64,000 nt of DNA from an uncultured delta proteobacterium (GCA_963727485.1 CAVSGM010000003.1:704001-768000); one strand, 5' to 3'; shown: positions 1 to 11,896, counted from the stretch's first letter. Notes: generated by a model from the letters alone, not told the origin. Numbers and translations are program-made.

Positions 1-318
1 CTTGGCGAGGCGCTCCTGGATGGTCGCCGCCATGTCCAGGTGGCGGATCACCACGAACTGGTTGCCCACGCTCACCGCGGTGAGGAGGATGAGCGCCAGG
101 GCCACCGTGGGCTTGCGGCCGATGTCGGCGAAGACGGCGCCCGGGCTCACGAAGACCGAGAGCACCCGGGCCAGGGCGCCCATCTTGGGCTTGTCCACCG
201 CCGCCTCGACCATCTCGGCCGCGCGCGCGTCGCCCGGGGCGGGCGCGTCGCTGGGGGCGGGCGTCTCGCCGGTGCTGGGGGGTACCGCAGAGGACTCGGG
301 ACGGTCGGTGTCAGCCAT
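1..318 (-). CDS. Yip1-family membrane protein (5' part, runs off the window edge)
   Basis: Read manually from ATG at 318: ...MGALARVLSVFVSPGAVFADIGRKPTVALALILLT..., a Yip1-like N-terminus; open to position 1. Confidence 0.6.
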   Translation of the reverse strand, partial: MADTDRPESSAVPPSTGETPAPSDAPAPGDARAAEMVEAAVDKPKMGALARVLSVFVSPGAVFADIGRKPTVALALILLTAVSVGNQFVVIRHLDMAATIQERLAK

Positions 319-459
319 CGTATCTCCCCTTCAGGGACGAAGCCGCCGGCCTGGGTGGCCGGCGGCGAAGGGTCTCACGACAGCCGTCTCTACGCACCTC
401 TGACGGCTGGATTTCACCCCCCCAGGATCCCGTGGGTCCGGGGGCGCTGGGGGCCGGGC

Positions 460-843
460 TCAGCCGTTGCCCGAGGCCTGCTTGGCCTCCTGGGCCTCGA
501 GCTCCTTGCGCACCTCGTTCATGTCCAGCTTCTGGACCTGACCGATGATGTCCTCGAGGGCCGAGGCCGGCAGGGCGCCGGGCTGGGAGAAGATGCCGAT
601 CTGCTCCCGGAAGATCATCAAAGTGGGGATGGAGCGGATCTGGAACATCGCGGCGAGCTCCTGCTCGGCGTCGGTGTCCACCTTGGCGAACACGATGTCC
701 GGGTGCGCCTCGCTGGCCTTCTCGAAGGTCGGGGCGAAGGCCTTGCAGGGCCCGCACCACGCGGCCCAGAAGTCCACGAGGATCGTGTCGTTGTTCTTCA
801 CGATCTCCTCGAAGTTGTCCTTGGTCATCTTGACGGTAGCCAC
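460..843 (-). CDS. trxA: Thioredoxin
   Basis: VDFWAAWCGPC motif, 127 aa. Confidence 0.95.
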   Translation of the reverse strand: MATVKMTKDNFEEIVKNNDTILVDFWAAWCGPCKAFAPTFEKASEAHPDIVFAKVDTDAEQELAAMFQIRSIPTLMIFREQIGIFSQPGALPASALEDIIGQVQKLDMNEVRKELEAQEAKQASGNG

Positions 844-927
844 ATCAGTCTCCTTCCGGGGCGTCCGCGGGGGACGGGCACCCGCTAGCGTGGTTTGGGG
901 CCAGCATAATCCGTCTCGCCACCTTGG

Positions 928-2620
928 CTATGGGTCGTGGGGGAAGTCATCCTCCCAGAACTCCAGCGCGCCCCGGGTGTCCTCGGCCCGGCGCGTCCGC
1001 TCGGCCTGCCGGAGCTCCACCCTGCGGATCTTCCCGGAGATGGTCTTGGGGAGCTCGCCGAACTCCAGCCGGCGGATGCGCTTGAACGGCGCCACCTTCC
1101 CCCGGACGAAGTCGAGGATCTCCCGGGCCAGCTCCGGCCCCGCCTCGCGCCCGGGGACCAGGGTCACGTAGGCCTTGGCCACCGCGAGGCGGATGGGGTC
1201 GGGGCTCGGGATCACCGCCGCCTCCTGGACGGCCGGGTGCTCGATGAGGACGCTCTCCAGCTCGAAGGGGCTGATGCGGTAGTCCGAGCTCTTGAACACG
1301 TCGTCGGCCCGGCCCACGTACCAGAAGTACCCGTCGTCGTCCCGGGCGGCGACGTCGCCGGTGCGGTAGAAGCCGCCCTCGGTCACCGCCGCGGTGCGCT
1401 CCGGGTCGTCCATGTAGCCAGTCATCAGCCCCAGCGGCCTGGGGTCGAGGACCAGGCCGATCTCGCCCTCCTTGGCCCCGGGCTTCCCGTCGGGGCCGAG
1501 GAGCTCGACCCGGTAGCCCGGCAGCGGTCGCCCCATGGACCCGGGCCGCACCGGCTGCCCCGGGGGGTTGCCGATCTGGGCGGTGGTCTCGGTCTGGCCA
1601 TAGCCGTCGCGGAGCGTGATGCCCCAGGCGGCCTTCACCTGGTCGATGACCTCGGGGTTCATGGGCTCCCCGGCACCCACCAGCTCCCGGAGCTTCACCT
1701 GGTAGGACTTCAGGTCCTCCCGGAAGAGCAGGCGCCACACCGTCGGCGGGGCGCAGAGGCTGGTGACCCCCTTGTCGACGATGACCTGGAGGGCGGCCTT
1801 GGCGTCGAAGCGCGTGTAGTCGTAGATGAACACCGTGGCCCCGGCGTTCCAGGGGGCGAAGAAGCTCGACCACGCGTGCTTGGCCCACCCCGGCGAGCTG
1901 ATGTTGAGGTGGACGTCGCCCTCGCGCAGGCCGATCCAGTACATGGTCGAGAGGTGGCCCACCGGGTAGCTCTGGTGGGTGTGCAGCACCAGCTTGGGCT
2001 TCGCGGTGGTCCCGGAGGTGAAGTAGAGGAGCAGCGGGTCGCCGACGTCGGTACGACCGTCGGGCTCGAAGGCCGCCGGCTCGGCGTAGGCGCCCGCGTA
2101 GGGGTGCCAGCCCTCGGCGGCGGCGCCGGTGGTGATCTTGGTGTACGACCCCGGTACCCCCGCGAACTTGGCGACCCCGGCGTCGTCGGTGATCACGTGG
2201 CGCACCTCGCCCCGGTCCACCCGGTCGACCAGGTCGTCGTGGGAGAGCTGGGTGGTCGCCGGGATCACCACGCACCCGAGCTTCATCGACGCCAGCATCA
2301 CCTCCCAGATGGGCACCACGTTGGGGAGCATCACCAGCACCCGGTCGCCGCGCACCGCGCCCCGGCGCCGGAGGAAGTTCGCCACCTGGCTGGAGCGCCG
2401 GGACATCTCGGCGAACGAGAATCTTCGTCTCCTCGCCGGTCTCGCTGACGATCCACAGGGCCGGCCGGTCGTTGCCCTGGGCCATGACGTCGAAGTGGTC
2501 GAGGGCCCAGTTGAAGTGCTCGAGCTGCGGCCAGGTGAACTCCCGGTAGGCCGTCTCGTAGTCGGTGCGGTGCTCGATGAGGAAGTCACGGGCGGCGAGG
2601 AAGACGTCGGTGGGGGTCAT
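928..2620 (-). CDS. AMP-dependent acyl-CoA synthetase (frameshift near 2420)
   Basis: YFTSGTTAKPK, YGQTE, YRTGD, LPKTISGKI motifs; N-terminus MTPTDVFLAARDF is in another frame. Confidence 0.9.
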
Positions 2621-2723
2621 GGGCGCGCTCCGGCTCGAGGGGGGGCAGGGGATCCGTCCCGAGAGACTAGGGACCGCGCGCGCGTGGGAAAGACGCAACG
2701 CGTCACCGCGGCGCCGGTCGGAG

Positions 2724-3934
2724 TCAGAGCAGCCGGCGCGGGTGGACCACCACGTTGGCCACCAGGAGCCCGGCGACGATGGCCACCGCCACCAGGACCA
2801 TGGTGAACGCCGTGTCCACCCCGGCGACCACGTTGCGGTCCAGGAGCGCTAGAGGCTCTGGAACCCCAGGCTCCCGGGGACCAGGAGGATGAACCCCGGG
2901 GTCAGCGGCACCAGCGCCGGCCGGTCGAAGCGCCGGGCGAAGGCGTTGCTCGCGGCGGCCACCCCGAAGCCTCCGATGAAGGCGCCGAGCGCCGGGCCCA
3001 GCAGCGCGGTGCCCACCCGGGCGCCGTAGTAGGCCAGCGCGCAGGCGGCGAGGATCCACCCCAGGCGCTTGAGGCGCGCCTGGAAGAACACGGTCAGGGC
3101 CAGCGCCGTCACCGCCACCGCCATCGCCTCGGTCCACGCGGGCAGCGGCGGCACCGACACCTGGGCCACCGGACCGAAGAGCGCCCGGGCCACCTTCTCC
3201 CCGGCGGCGACCCCCAGGGCGAGCTGGAGGAAGACGATCCCCGCGGCGGTGAGGCGCGCGGTCCCCGAGACCAGGTTCCGGGTGGCGAGCTCGGCCATGG
3301 CCACGGTGAGGGTGAAGCCCGGCACCAGGATGATGAGCCCCGAGAGGGTGGCCACGTAGAGGCCCACCGGGCCGGCGAGGCGGGCGGCGAGGTGGGCGAT
3401 GAACGCGGCGGCGAACCCGGCGACCAGCTCGTAGACCCGGGCGCCGGTGCCCTCCCGGCCCAGGCCCAGCGAGAGGGCGCCGATGACCGCCCCGATGACC
3501 GCGGCGGTGAGGAGGTCCCGGAGGCCGCCGTGGAAGAACCGGGTCACCGCTCCCGACGCCACCGCGAAGGCCAGGACCGTCGCCACCTTCCCGTAGGGGG
3601 GCGGGGCGGCGACGATCTCCCGGACCCGGGCCACCCCGGCCTCGGCGTCGAGGTGGCCGTCGATGATCCGCGCCACCACCGCGTCGAGGCGCTCGAGCTT
3701 CTCCAGGTCGATGCCCCCGGGCGCCACCCGGAGGAGCGCCGTCCGGGCCTCGGTGGCCTTGCCGAAGCCGGCGAGGAGCGCGGTGGGGGTGGCGTAGAAC
3801 TGCCCCTCGAGGCCCAGGGTCCGGGCGACCCGGGCGAGGACCTCCTCCAGGCGGTGGGCCGGGGTGCCGTAGGCGTGGAGGGCCCGGCCGAGCTCGAGGA
3901 CGAAGGCGGCGTCGGTGTCGGGGGCGTCGGCCAC
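2724..3934 (-). CDS. ThrE-family threonine/serine exporter (frameshift near 2849)
   Basis: ELGRALHAYGTPAHRLEE, ILVPG repeats, many TM segments; C-terminus continues in adjacent frame. Confidence 0.85.
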
Positions 3935-3986
3935 GGGCGCTACCTACCACACTGGGGGCCCGGTCCGGGTGCTAGAGTCCCGGACC

Positions 3987-6047
3987 ATGCGACGCCCGGG
4001 CTCCCTCCTCCTCGCCTGCCTCCTGGTCCTCCTCGCCGGCTGCGCCCAGGTCGGCGGGGGCGGCGGCGGCGCGGCGGTCTGCGGCAGCACCGGCGGCACC
4101 CAGGTGCACTTCGACCCGAGCCTGGGCAAGCTCGCCACCCCGGCGGCCACCTGGCTCGCCGCCCCCTGGCCCGCGGACTTCCGGAAGACCGCCCGGGGCA
4201 CCCTGCGCATGGTCGACTTCCCGGGGACCGGCGAGCTCATCTCCGACTACGTCTCCGTGGCCCAGGGGGAGCTGACCGGCTACAGCACCGCCGGGGGCAT
4301 CTACCTCGCCTTCACCGGGGCCCTCGACCCGTCCACCCTGCCGTCGGGACCCGGGGCGGGGCTCGCCGACGGGGCCACCGTGCAGCTGGTGGACGTGACG
4401 CCGGCGTCCCCGGAGTACGGCCAGCGCCGGCCCCTGCGCCTCATGTGGCAGGCCCAAGGCGACGACTTCCTCCCGGCGGACACCCTGGCGGTGGGCCCGG
4501 CCTGGGGCTTCCCCCTGCGCCCGAAGACCACCTACGCCCTCCTGGTCACCACCGGGGTCAAGGACGCCGGCGGCCACGCCCTCACCCAGCCCCCGCGCCT
4601 CGCCTGGCTCCTCGGGGGCGACAGCCGGTGCCGCAGCCACTTCGATCCGGCGGGTCCCGACGACACGGTGTTCTCCGACTTCGCGCCGTTGCGCGGGCTC
4701 CTGAAGGCCGAGAAGACGGACCCGGCGACCCTCGCCGCGGCGACGGTGTTCACCACCCAGGACACCCTGGGGCAGATGCGCGCCATCCACGACCAGATTG
4801 AGGCGGCGCCGCCCCCGGCCCCGGACCCCGCCGGGTGGCAGGCCATCGGGCCCAGCGGGAGCTACAGCCAGGCCCACAGCTACCAGTGGTCCCGCACCCA
4901 GACCGTGCAGTACCACGTGATGGAGGGCCGCTACGACGCCCCCAACTACATGGAGGGCGAGGTCCCCTACGCGAGCCAGGGCGGGGCCTTCCACTTCGTC
5001 AACGGTGAGCCGGCGCCGGTGCGCACCGAGCACCTGCGCTTCGTCCTCACCGTCCCCGACGCGCCCCCGCCCGACGGCGGGGCCTGCTACCCCATCGTGA
5101 TCTACCAGCACGGCACCGGGGGCGACGCCTACACCTTCGTGAACAGCGCCACCGGCGCCCGCCTCGCCGCCCGCGGGCTCGCGGCCATCGGCATCGACCA
5201 GCCCCTCCACGGGCTGCGCGCCGAGGGCAAGAGCTTCAACGTCGAGCTCGCCACCTTCAACCTCCCCCACATCGAGGCCGGGCGGACGGTGATGCGCCAG
5301 GGGGCGGTGGACACCTTCTCCCTCGCCCGCTTCGTGCGCCACTCCCTGACGGTGCCCGCGGACAAGAGCCCCACCGGGCGCGCCATCTGCTTCGACCCGG
5401 ACCGGGTGCTCTTCTTCGGCCACTCCCAGGGCGGGATCTCCGGGTCGATGACCGCGGCCCTCGAGACCCACATCCACACCTGGATGCTCTCGGGCTCCGG
5501 CGGCGGCATCTCCATGACCGTGATGCAGCGGACCTACCCGGTGAACCTCAAGGCGCTGGTGGCGTCCCTGGTGGGCATCCCCGCGGAAAAGCTCTCGGAC
5601 CTCCACCCGGTCATCACCCTCATCCAGACCCTGGTCGACGTCTCCGACCCGCTCAACTACAGCCCCTGGTGGGATCGGTGGGGCAGCCCGCCGGTGGGCC
5701 AGAACGTCCTGATGACCTCGGGCCTCGCGGACCAGGACACCCCGTACCTCACCGCCGACGCCGAGGCGGTCGCCGCGCGGATCCCGCTGGTGGCCGCCGC
5801 CGACGGCTCCATCGCGGGGCCCATCCCCGCCTACTCGGTGCTGGGGATGGACCCGCTGGCCCCGCCGGTGTCGGCAGACCTGGCGACCTCCGCCACCGGG
5901 GGCTTCGCCCAGTGGCCCGCGCCCTGGGACCACTTCGTGGTCTTCGACAAGGCGGAAGCCATCGACACCTCGATGCACTTCCTCCAGTCCGCCGCCTACG
6001 ACGGGGGCCCGGTCATCGAGCGCCACCCCAACGCCGACGCCCGCTGA
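3987..6047 (+). CDS. Lipoprotein with alpha/beta-hydrolase domain
   Basis: Lipobox LLAGC; HGTGG, IDQPLHG and GHSQG nucleophile motif. Confidence 0.8.
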   Translation: MRRPGSLLLACLLVLLAGCAQVGGGGGGAAVCGSTGGTQVHFDPSLGKLATPAATWLAAPWPADFRKTARGTLRMVDFPGTGELISDYVSVAQGELTGYSTAGGIYLAFTGALDPSTLPSGPGAGLADGATVQLVDVTPASPEYGQRRPLRLMWQAQGDDFLPADTLAVGPAWGFPLRPKTTYALLVTTGVKDAGGHALTQPPRLAWLLGGDSRCRSHFDPAGPDDTVFSDFAPLRGLLKAEKTDPATLAAATVFTTQDTLGQMRAIHDQIEAAPPPAPDPAGWQAIGPSGSYSQAHSYQWSRTQTVQYHVMEGRYDAPNYMEGEVPYASQGGAFHFVNGEPAPVRTEHLRFVLTVPDAPPPDGGACYPIVIYQHGTGGDAYTFVNSATGARLAARGLAAIGIDQPLHGLRAEGKSFNVELATFNLPHIEAGRTVMRQGAVDTFSLARFVRHSLTVPADKSPTGRAICFDPDRVLFFGHSQGGISGSMTAALETHIHTWMLSGSGGGISMTVMQRTYPVNLKALVASLVGIPAEKLSDLHPVITLIQTLVDVSDPLNYSPWWDRWGSPPVGQNVLMTSGLADQDTPYLTADAEAVAARIPLVAAADGSIAGPIPAYSVLGMDPLAPPVSADLATSATGGFAQWPAPWDHFVVFDKAEAIDTSMHFLQSAAYDGGPVIERHPNADAR

Positions 6048-6060
6048 CCCCGGGGCGCGG

Positions 6061-6601
6061 TCACGCCGGGGCGTGGGCCTCGTGGCGCAGGGCCGTCCCC
6101 CGCACCTCCCGGCGGATGGGGAGGATGAGCGACGAGGCTCACGCCGTAGACCAGGTTGTAGACCAGGAGCCACGTCTTCTCGACGTGGCCGAACATCACC
6201 GGGTCGGCCCAGGGCATGATGAGCCAGGTCATCACCACGAAGAGGCCGGCGCCGTAGAGGAGGCTCATCCACAGCTCGGTCACCACGCCGACCTTCCGCG
6301 GGAGCCAGGTGGCGTAGACCACGCCGAAGACGGCGCCCAGGAAGAGGTGGATGACCACGCCGAGGACCACCGCGCCCACCGCACCGGCGGCGACGGTGTC
6401 GAGGGCCCGGGCCCCGAGGAAGGTCCCGGCGACCAGCTTCATCGGGGTGAACAGGCCCAGGCCCTGGGCGGCGCTGACGAACATGGCGACCAGCCCCATG
6501 GCCACCGCGCCGGCCACGCCCGCGAGGATCCCCGGGGTGAAGAAGTCCCGGGCGGGTGGGGGATCGCTGGGAGGCGGGGTGGGGGCGGGCTGCGTGTCCA
6601 T
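6061..6601 (-). CDS. Hypothetical 4-TM membrane protein (likely frameshift near the 3' end)
   Basis: Hydrophobic helices starting GILAGVAGAVAMGL; the alternative frame ends LILPIRRE...APA* at 6061. Confidence 0.65.
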
Positions 6602-6680
6602 GGCGGAAGGTAGGACGGCGCGTGGGCCCGCGGAAGGGACCCGTCGTTGTCGGCGGCGAGGCGCCGGGGTAGAGGAGGGC

Positions 6681-7412
6681 ATGGCCCGGGTCCTCATCGC
6701 CTGCTCCGACGTCGACTTCGATCCCACCGAGGTGGTGGCGCCCTGGCGGGTGCTCACCGGCGCCGGCCACGAGGTGCGCTTCGCCACGGTCACCGGCGCG
6801 GTGGGCCACGCCGACCCGCGGGTCCTCGCCGGGCCCCTCTTCGGGACCCTGGGCGCCCGCCCCGAGGCGGTGCGCGCCTACGCCGAGCTCGAGGCCGACC
6901 CGGGCTTCCAGGCGCCGGCGCGCTACGCCGACGTGGACCCCCGGACCGTGGACCTCCTGGTGCTCCCCGGGGGCCACGCCCCTGGGATGCGTCCCTATCT
7001 CGAGTCCGAGGCCCTCCAGGGCCTGGTGGTCGCCTGCTTCCGCCGGGGGATCCCCGTGGGCGCCATCTGCCACGGGCCGGTGGTGCTGGCCCGGAGCGTC
7101 GACCCCGACACCGGCCGCTCGGTGATCGACGGCCGGCGCCTCACCGCCCTCACCGAGACCCTGGAGCTGACGGCCTGGGCCCTGACCAGCTGGACCCTCG
7201 GGGACTACTACCGGACCTACGACACGCCGGTGGAGGCCGAGGTCCGCGCCGCCGCCGGGGAGACCGGGCGCTTCGAGACCGGGCCGCTCATGGCGTCCTA
7301 CGGCCGGCCCTTCGTGGTCCGCGACGGGAACCTGATCACCGCCCGGTGGCCCGGGGACGCCTGGGGCTGGGCCGCGTCGCTGGCGGTGGCCGTGGCCCAC
7401 GCCGCCGACTGA
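6681..7412 (+). CDS. DJ-1/PfpI family protein
   Basis: DFDPTEV, LPGGH, AICHGP, DGNLITARWPGD. Confidence 0.9.
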   Translation: MARVLIACSDVDFDPTEVVAPWRVLTGAGHEVRFATVTGAVGHADPRVLAGPLFGTLGARPEAVRAYAELEADPGFQAPARYADVDPRTVDLLVLPGGHAPGMRPYLESEALQGLVVACFRRGIPVGAICHGPVVLARSVDPDTGRSVIDGRRLTALTETLELTAWALTSWTLGDYYRTYDTPVEAEVRAAAGETGRFETGPLMASYGRPFVVRDGNLITARWPGDAWGWAASLAVAVAHAAD

Positions 7413-7481
7413 CCGGCCGCTCTTGCGCCCGCGCCCCGATGGGATAGACACCGGGGGCACGCCCCCGACCGGAGGTCCCCC

Positions 7482-8705
7482 ATGCGCGTCCTCGTCGCCG
7501 ACACCCTCGCCCCCGCCGTCCCCGGCCGGCTCCAGGATCTTGGATGCGAGGTCCTGGTGGAGCCCGGGCTCAAGGGCGAGGCCCTCACCGCCCGCCTCGC
7601 CGAGGCCCGCCCGGAGGTGCTGGTGGTGCGCAGCACCAAGGTCACCGGCGCCGACCTCGCCGCCGCCCGGTCCCTGGCCCTGGTGATCCGCGCCGGCTCC
7701 GGGGTGAACACCATCGACCTCGAGGTCGCCAGCGCCCGGGGCGTCTACGTGGCCAACTGCCCGGGGCGCAACGCCGCCGCGGTGGCGGAGCTGGCCCTGG
7801 GCCACCTCCTGAACCTCGACCGGCGGATCGCCGACAACGTGGCGGCGCTGCGCGAGGGGCGCTGGGACAAGCAGGGCTTCGGGGTCGCCCGGGGCCTCAA
7901 GGGCCGGCGCCTCGCGGTGATCGGCGCCGGGCGCATCGGCCGGGAGGTGGCGCGCCTTGGCCAGGCGCTGGGCATGGAGGTGGTGATGTGGTCGCGAAGC
8001 CTCGACGACGCGGCGGCCGAGGGCCTCGGCGTCGCCCGGGCCGAGAGCCCCGAGGCGGCGGTCGCCGGCGCCGACGCGGTGAGCGTCCACCTCGCCGCCA
8101 CCCCCGAGACCCGGGGGCGCCTCGGCGCCTCGGTCTTCGAGGCGATGAAGCCCGGGGCGCTGTTCGTGAACACCGCCCGGGCCGAGGTGGTCGACACCGC
8201 CGCCATGCTCGCCGCCGCCGACGCCAAGGGGATCCGCTGCGGCCTCGACGTCTTCGACGACGAGCCGGCGGCGAAGCAGGGGCCCTTCGAGAGCGAGGTG
8301 GCCCGGCACCCGGCGGTCCAAGGCACCCACCACATCGGCGCCTCCACCGCCCAGGCTCTGGAGAGCGTGGGCGAGGCGGTGGTGGACATCGTCGCCGCCT
8401 ACGTCGACGGCCGGGAGATCCCCAGCTGCGTGAACCTCGCCTCCCGCACCCGGGCCACCCACGTCCTGGTGGTCCGCCACGCCGACGAGGTGGGCGTCCT
8501 GGCGCGGGTGCTCTCGGTGCTCCGGGAGGCGGGCCACAACGTCGAGGAGATGCAGAACACGGTCTTCTCCGGGGGCGCGGCGGCCATCGCCCGGATCGCC
8601 GTGGTGGGCGAGCCCGCGGCGGACACCCTCGACGCCCTCCGGGGCGAGGCGACAATCCACGCGGCGACGGTGACGCCCATCGCCGTGGGCCGCCCCGAGG
8701 GGTGA
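7482..8705 (+). CDS. serA: D-3-phosphoglycerate dehydrogenase-like with C-terminal ACT domain
   Basis: RAGSGVNTID, GAGRIG, NTAR, HIGAST; ACT domain HADEVGVLARV. Confidence 0.8.
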   Translation: MRVLVADTLAPAVPGRLQDLGCEVLVEPGLKGEALTARLAEARPEVLVVRSTKVTGADLAAARSLALVIRAGSGVNTIDLEVASARGVYVANCPGRNAAAVAELALGHLLNLDRRIADNVAALREGRWDKQGFGVARGLKGRRLAVIGAGRIGREVARLGQALGMEVVMWSRSLDDAAAEGLGVARAESPEAAVAGADAVSVHLAATPETRGRLGASVFEAMKPGALFVNTARAEVVDTAAMLAAADAKGIRCGLDVFDDEPAAKQGPFESEVARHPAVQGTHHIGASTAQALESVGEAVVDIVAAYVDGREIPSCVNLASRTRATHVLVVRHADEVGVLARVLSVLREAGHNVEEMQNTVFSGGAAAIARIAVVGEPAADTLDALRGEATIHAATVTPIAVGRPEG

Positions 8706-8762
8706 GGGGGGCGGTGCCCCCCGGCGGGTCCTGGCGCGGGCGATGCACGGGAAAACCGGGTC

Positions 8763-9725
8763 ATGGACGCGACCACCACCCACCCTGCCCCTCCGGTGGT
8801 GGCGCCCCACGCTGGCCTCCGGGCCGGGGTGTGGCGCCTCGCCGATCCCAAGATCACCCTCGCCTCGGCGGCCTCCCTGCTCCTGGGCACGGCGCTGGCC
8901 GCCCGCCACGGCCCCCTGGCCTGGGGCTGGCTCGGGGTGACCCTCGCCGGGATCTTCTGCGTGGAGGCGGCGAAGAACGCCTCCGGGGAGATCTTCGACT
9001 GGGACAGCGGCGACGACCAGGCGGTCACCGAGGCCGACCGCAGCCCCTTCTCCGGGGGCAAGCGGGTCCTGGTGGACGGGCTGATGACCCGGCGCCAGAC
9101 CGCCTGGGTGGCGCTGGCCTTCTACGTCGCCGGGATCCTCGCCGGCCTCGCCATCGCAGTCTGGCGCGAGCCGGCGGTCCTCTGGGTGGGCCTCGCCGGC
9201 GTCGCCCTGGCGTTCTTCTACCACGCGCCGCCCTTCAAGCTCGCCTACCGGGGGCTGGGCGAGGTGGCGGTGGCCCTGACCTACGGGCCGCTGATCGCCG
9301 GGGGCGCCTACCTGGTCCAGCGCCACACCCTCGGCCCCGACGTGGTCTACCTCTCGATCCCGCTCGGGCTCCTCATCGGGGCGTTCCTGCTCATCAACGA
9401 GTTCCCCGACGCCCGGGCCGACGCCACCGCGGGCAAGCGCACCCTGGTGGTGCGCCTGGGCCGCCGGCGGGCCGCGTGGCTGTTCACCTGGACCATCCTG
9501 GTCGCCTTCGTCCTGGTGCTCCTGGCCCCGGCGTTCGGCCTCCCGGTGGGGGTGTGGCTCGGGGTCGCCGGGGCGCTCCCGGCGCTGGCCGCCGCCGGCC
9601 GGCTCCGGCGCCACCGCGACGACACCCAGGAGATCATCCCCGCCCAGGGCTGGACCCTCCTGTCCTTCGTGGTCACCTCGGTGGCGATGAGCATCGGGGT
9701 GGTGGCCGGGGTCCTCTTCGCCTGA
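8763..9725 (+). CDS. menA: UbiA-family prenyltransferase (MenA-like)
   Basis: EIFDWDSGDD, NEFPDARADATAGKRTLVVRLG, YRGLGE. Confidence 0.75.
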   Translation: MDATTTHPAPPVVAPHAGLRAGVWRLADPKITLASAASLLLGTALAARHGPLAWGWLGVTLAGIFCVEAAKNASGEIFDWDSGDDQAVTEADRSPFSGGKRVLVDGLMTRRQTAWVALAFYVAGILAGLAIAVWREPAVLWVGLAGVALAFFYHAPPFKLAYRGLGEVAVALTYGPLIAGGAYLVQRHTLGPDVVYLSIPLGLLIGAFLLINEFPDARADATAGKRTLVVRLGRRRAAWLFTWTILVAFVLVLLAPAFGLPVGVWLGVAGALPALAAAGRLRRHRDDTQEIIPAQGWTLLSFVVTSVAMSIGVVAGVLFA

Positions 9726-9871
9726 GGCGCCGGTGCACTGGTTGCGCCGGGGGCGGCAGGGGGTGCGGGACCGCGCGCGTGGTGCGCCCCGGGCACGGGA
9801 CGGGCGGCGCCTGCGCGACGCCGCCCGCCCCTGCGCCGGCCCTTCTCCGGCGCGCGTGGCCGTCCTGAAGC

Positions 9872-10321
9872 CTATCGCCTCGGCTGCGGCCGGGCGCCCG
9901 CGCCCTTGCCGAGCTCGGGGACGATGCCGATCTGCTGGGCCATGCTCATCACGTCGTAGAACAGGTGCCCCTCGACGATCTTGCCGCTCTTGTCGAAGCG
10001 GCTGTAGCTGGCGCCGTCGATGGCGAACTTCTTGTTCGACGGCGGGCTGCCCATGAACTCGCCCTTCTGGGTGCCGGTGCAGTGCCAGAGGCCGATGACC
10101 CGCTCGTTCTCCACCACGTAGTCGTTCATCTGGACCTTGAGATCCGGGAAGGCCTTGCGCAGCATCTGGATGCCTTCCTTGAACTGGGCAATGTTGGTCT
10201 TGCCGATCAGCGGATCGTGGCCCACGTACTTCGGGGCGCAGACCTCGTCGATGATGTCGAGGTTGCCCTTCGAGTACCCCTCTTCGGCGAGGCGCCGAAC
10301 GTTCTGCTTCACGTCTGCCAT
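9872..10321 (-). CDS. SnoaL-like ester cyclase
   Basis: AFPDLKVQ, GTQKGEFMGSPPSNK motifs; AGGAG RBS. Confidence 0.85.
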   Translation of the reverse strand: MADVKQNVRRLAEEGYSKGNLDIIDEVCAPKYVGHDPLIGKTNIAQFKEGIQMLRKAFPDLKVQMNDYVVENERVIGLWHCTGTQKGEFMGSPPSNKKFAIDGASYSRFDKSGKIVEGHLFYDVMSMAQQIGIVPELGKGAGARPQPRR

Positions 10322-10470
10322 GATGGGCTCCTTCCGCGCAGGCGTGCCCCGCGCACCTTGCAGGTAGGTCCCGGGGCCGGCGGCGGTAGAGCGTCCGGTG
10401 CCCCAGCGTCCGGTGCCCCTGGGCGACGGGCCCGAGGGGCGGGACGCCCGGCGGGCGAGGACCCCGTGCG

Positions 10471-11816
10471 CTATCTGGCCCAGGCCACGGTGACGACCCC
10501 GTAGAACGGGAAGGGCTGGCTGTCGTCGACGCGGATGTTCTGGGCGGTGGGGGTGGCGGTCACCGGGGGGCCGGCCAGGGCGTCGGCGCAGGCGACCTCG
10601 GGATCCTGGGAGAGCTTGTCGGCGTTCTGCTGGCCGACCTGGTCGAGGATGAGCTGCTTCACGTCGAGGTTGGGGTCGCCCACGGCGCCGCCGGCGACCT
10701 GGTCGAGGTAGGTCCAGGGGAGGTCGCAGTGGCGCAAGGTGAGGTCCGCCGGGTGGTAGCCGGCGCCGATGGCGGTGTGCACCCGCACGCACCCGGGGGT
10801 GGCGTCGTCGGGGGTCACGGTGAGGGTGACCCCGCTTCTGGCCACCAGGTCGTAGTGCACCACCAGGTGGCTGCCGCCGGTGCCCGCGGGGGCGCACACG
10901 TCCCAGTCGGTGGGCGAGACCTGCTCGGCGTCGATGAGGCCGAAGGAGCGCAGGCGGGGGGTGACGCCGCTGACCACCCGGATCACCTCGTTCACCAGGT
11001 ACTTGGGGAAGGGCAGGGTGCCCGCGTCGTCGAAGCGCGTGGGGTCGCCGGTGGCGCCCAGCAGGGTGAAGTCGGCGTTGTAGCGCTCGGTGTCGCGGAA
11101 GGGGTTGTAGTAGGCGCGGACGGTGGTCTCGTTCCCGCTGGTCCTTGGCCCAGGCGAGGAAGCTCATGGCGTGGAGCTCGGTGGAGAAGTCGTCGTGGCC
11201 GCAGTCGTCGATGTAGCGGCCCTGCACCAGCGCCCAGTCGCCGAGGTCGGGCAGGTCGAAGCCGGGCTGGAAGCCGGTGGCGTTCTTCTCGGCCATCTGG
11301 GCCCAGGTCTGGCCGGTGTCCGGCGAGGGGTCGGCGGGCAGGTGGGGGATGTAGCCGGAGGCGAGCTCCACGTGCATCATGGTGGTCCCCTGCTCGCCGG
11401 TGTGGGTGCCCAGGTGCTCGGTGTAGGGGCGGTAGACGGAGTCGAGGACGAGGTTCATCGACAGGTCGTTGCCCAGCTCGTGGCTCATGGGCAGGTCCTG
11501 GGGACCGAGGTGGGTGGTCTTCACGGTCCCGGCCACGGCGATCTGCTCGCCGCCGGGGACGATGTCGGCCCACTCCTGCATCACCTTGGCCTGGGTGATG
11601 GAGGTGCTCTGCAGCTCGCGCAGGAAGGTGGCGGTGTCGGAGCCGCAGACGGCCTTGGCGGGTGAGGCCGGTGGGCGCCGGGCCGTTGTGCGCCAGGACC
11701 ACGGCGTTGTCGTGCCAGTGGATGGGGTGGGTGCCGATGGGGGTCGCGCCCCCGGAGGGTCCGCAGGCGGCGAGGGCGGCGGCGGTGGCGAGGACGGGGA
11801 GCAGGTGGGTGCGCAT
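10471..11816 (-). CDS. Hypothetical lipoprotein (split by about 3 indels)
   Basis: Lipobox LAACG; coding segments hop between ORFs 10992-11816, 9872-11584 and 10471-10995. Confidence 0.6.
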
Positions 11817-11896
11817 GGGAGACCTCCGTACGGCCCTTCGATGCTAGCACCGTCGCCCTGGACGCGGCGGCGGCCGCGTCGGGATCCGCTGGCGCC

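Noticed and set aside
3972..9614. Very long antisense ORFs (also 11927-14815, 43242-48431, 37486-40356)
   Set aside because: Shadow frames of real genes in high-GC DNA with no domain motifs.
10390..10419. 15-bp tandem duplication AGCGTCCGGTGCCCC
   Set aside because: Only two copies in an intergenic region and no evidence of function.
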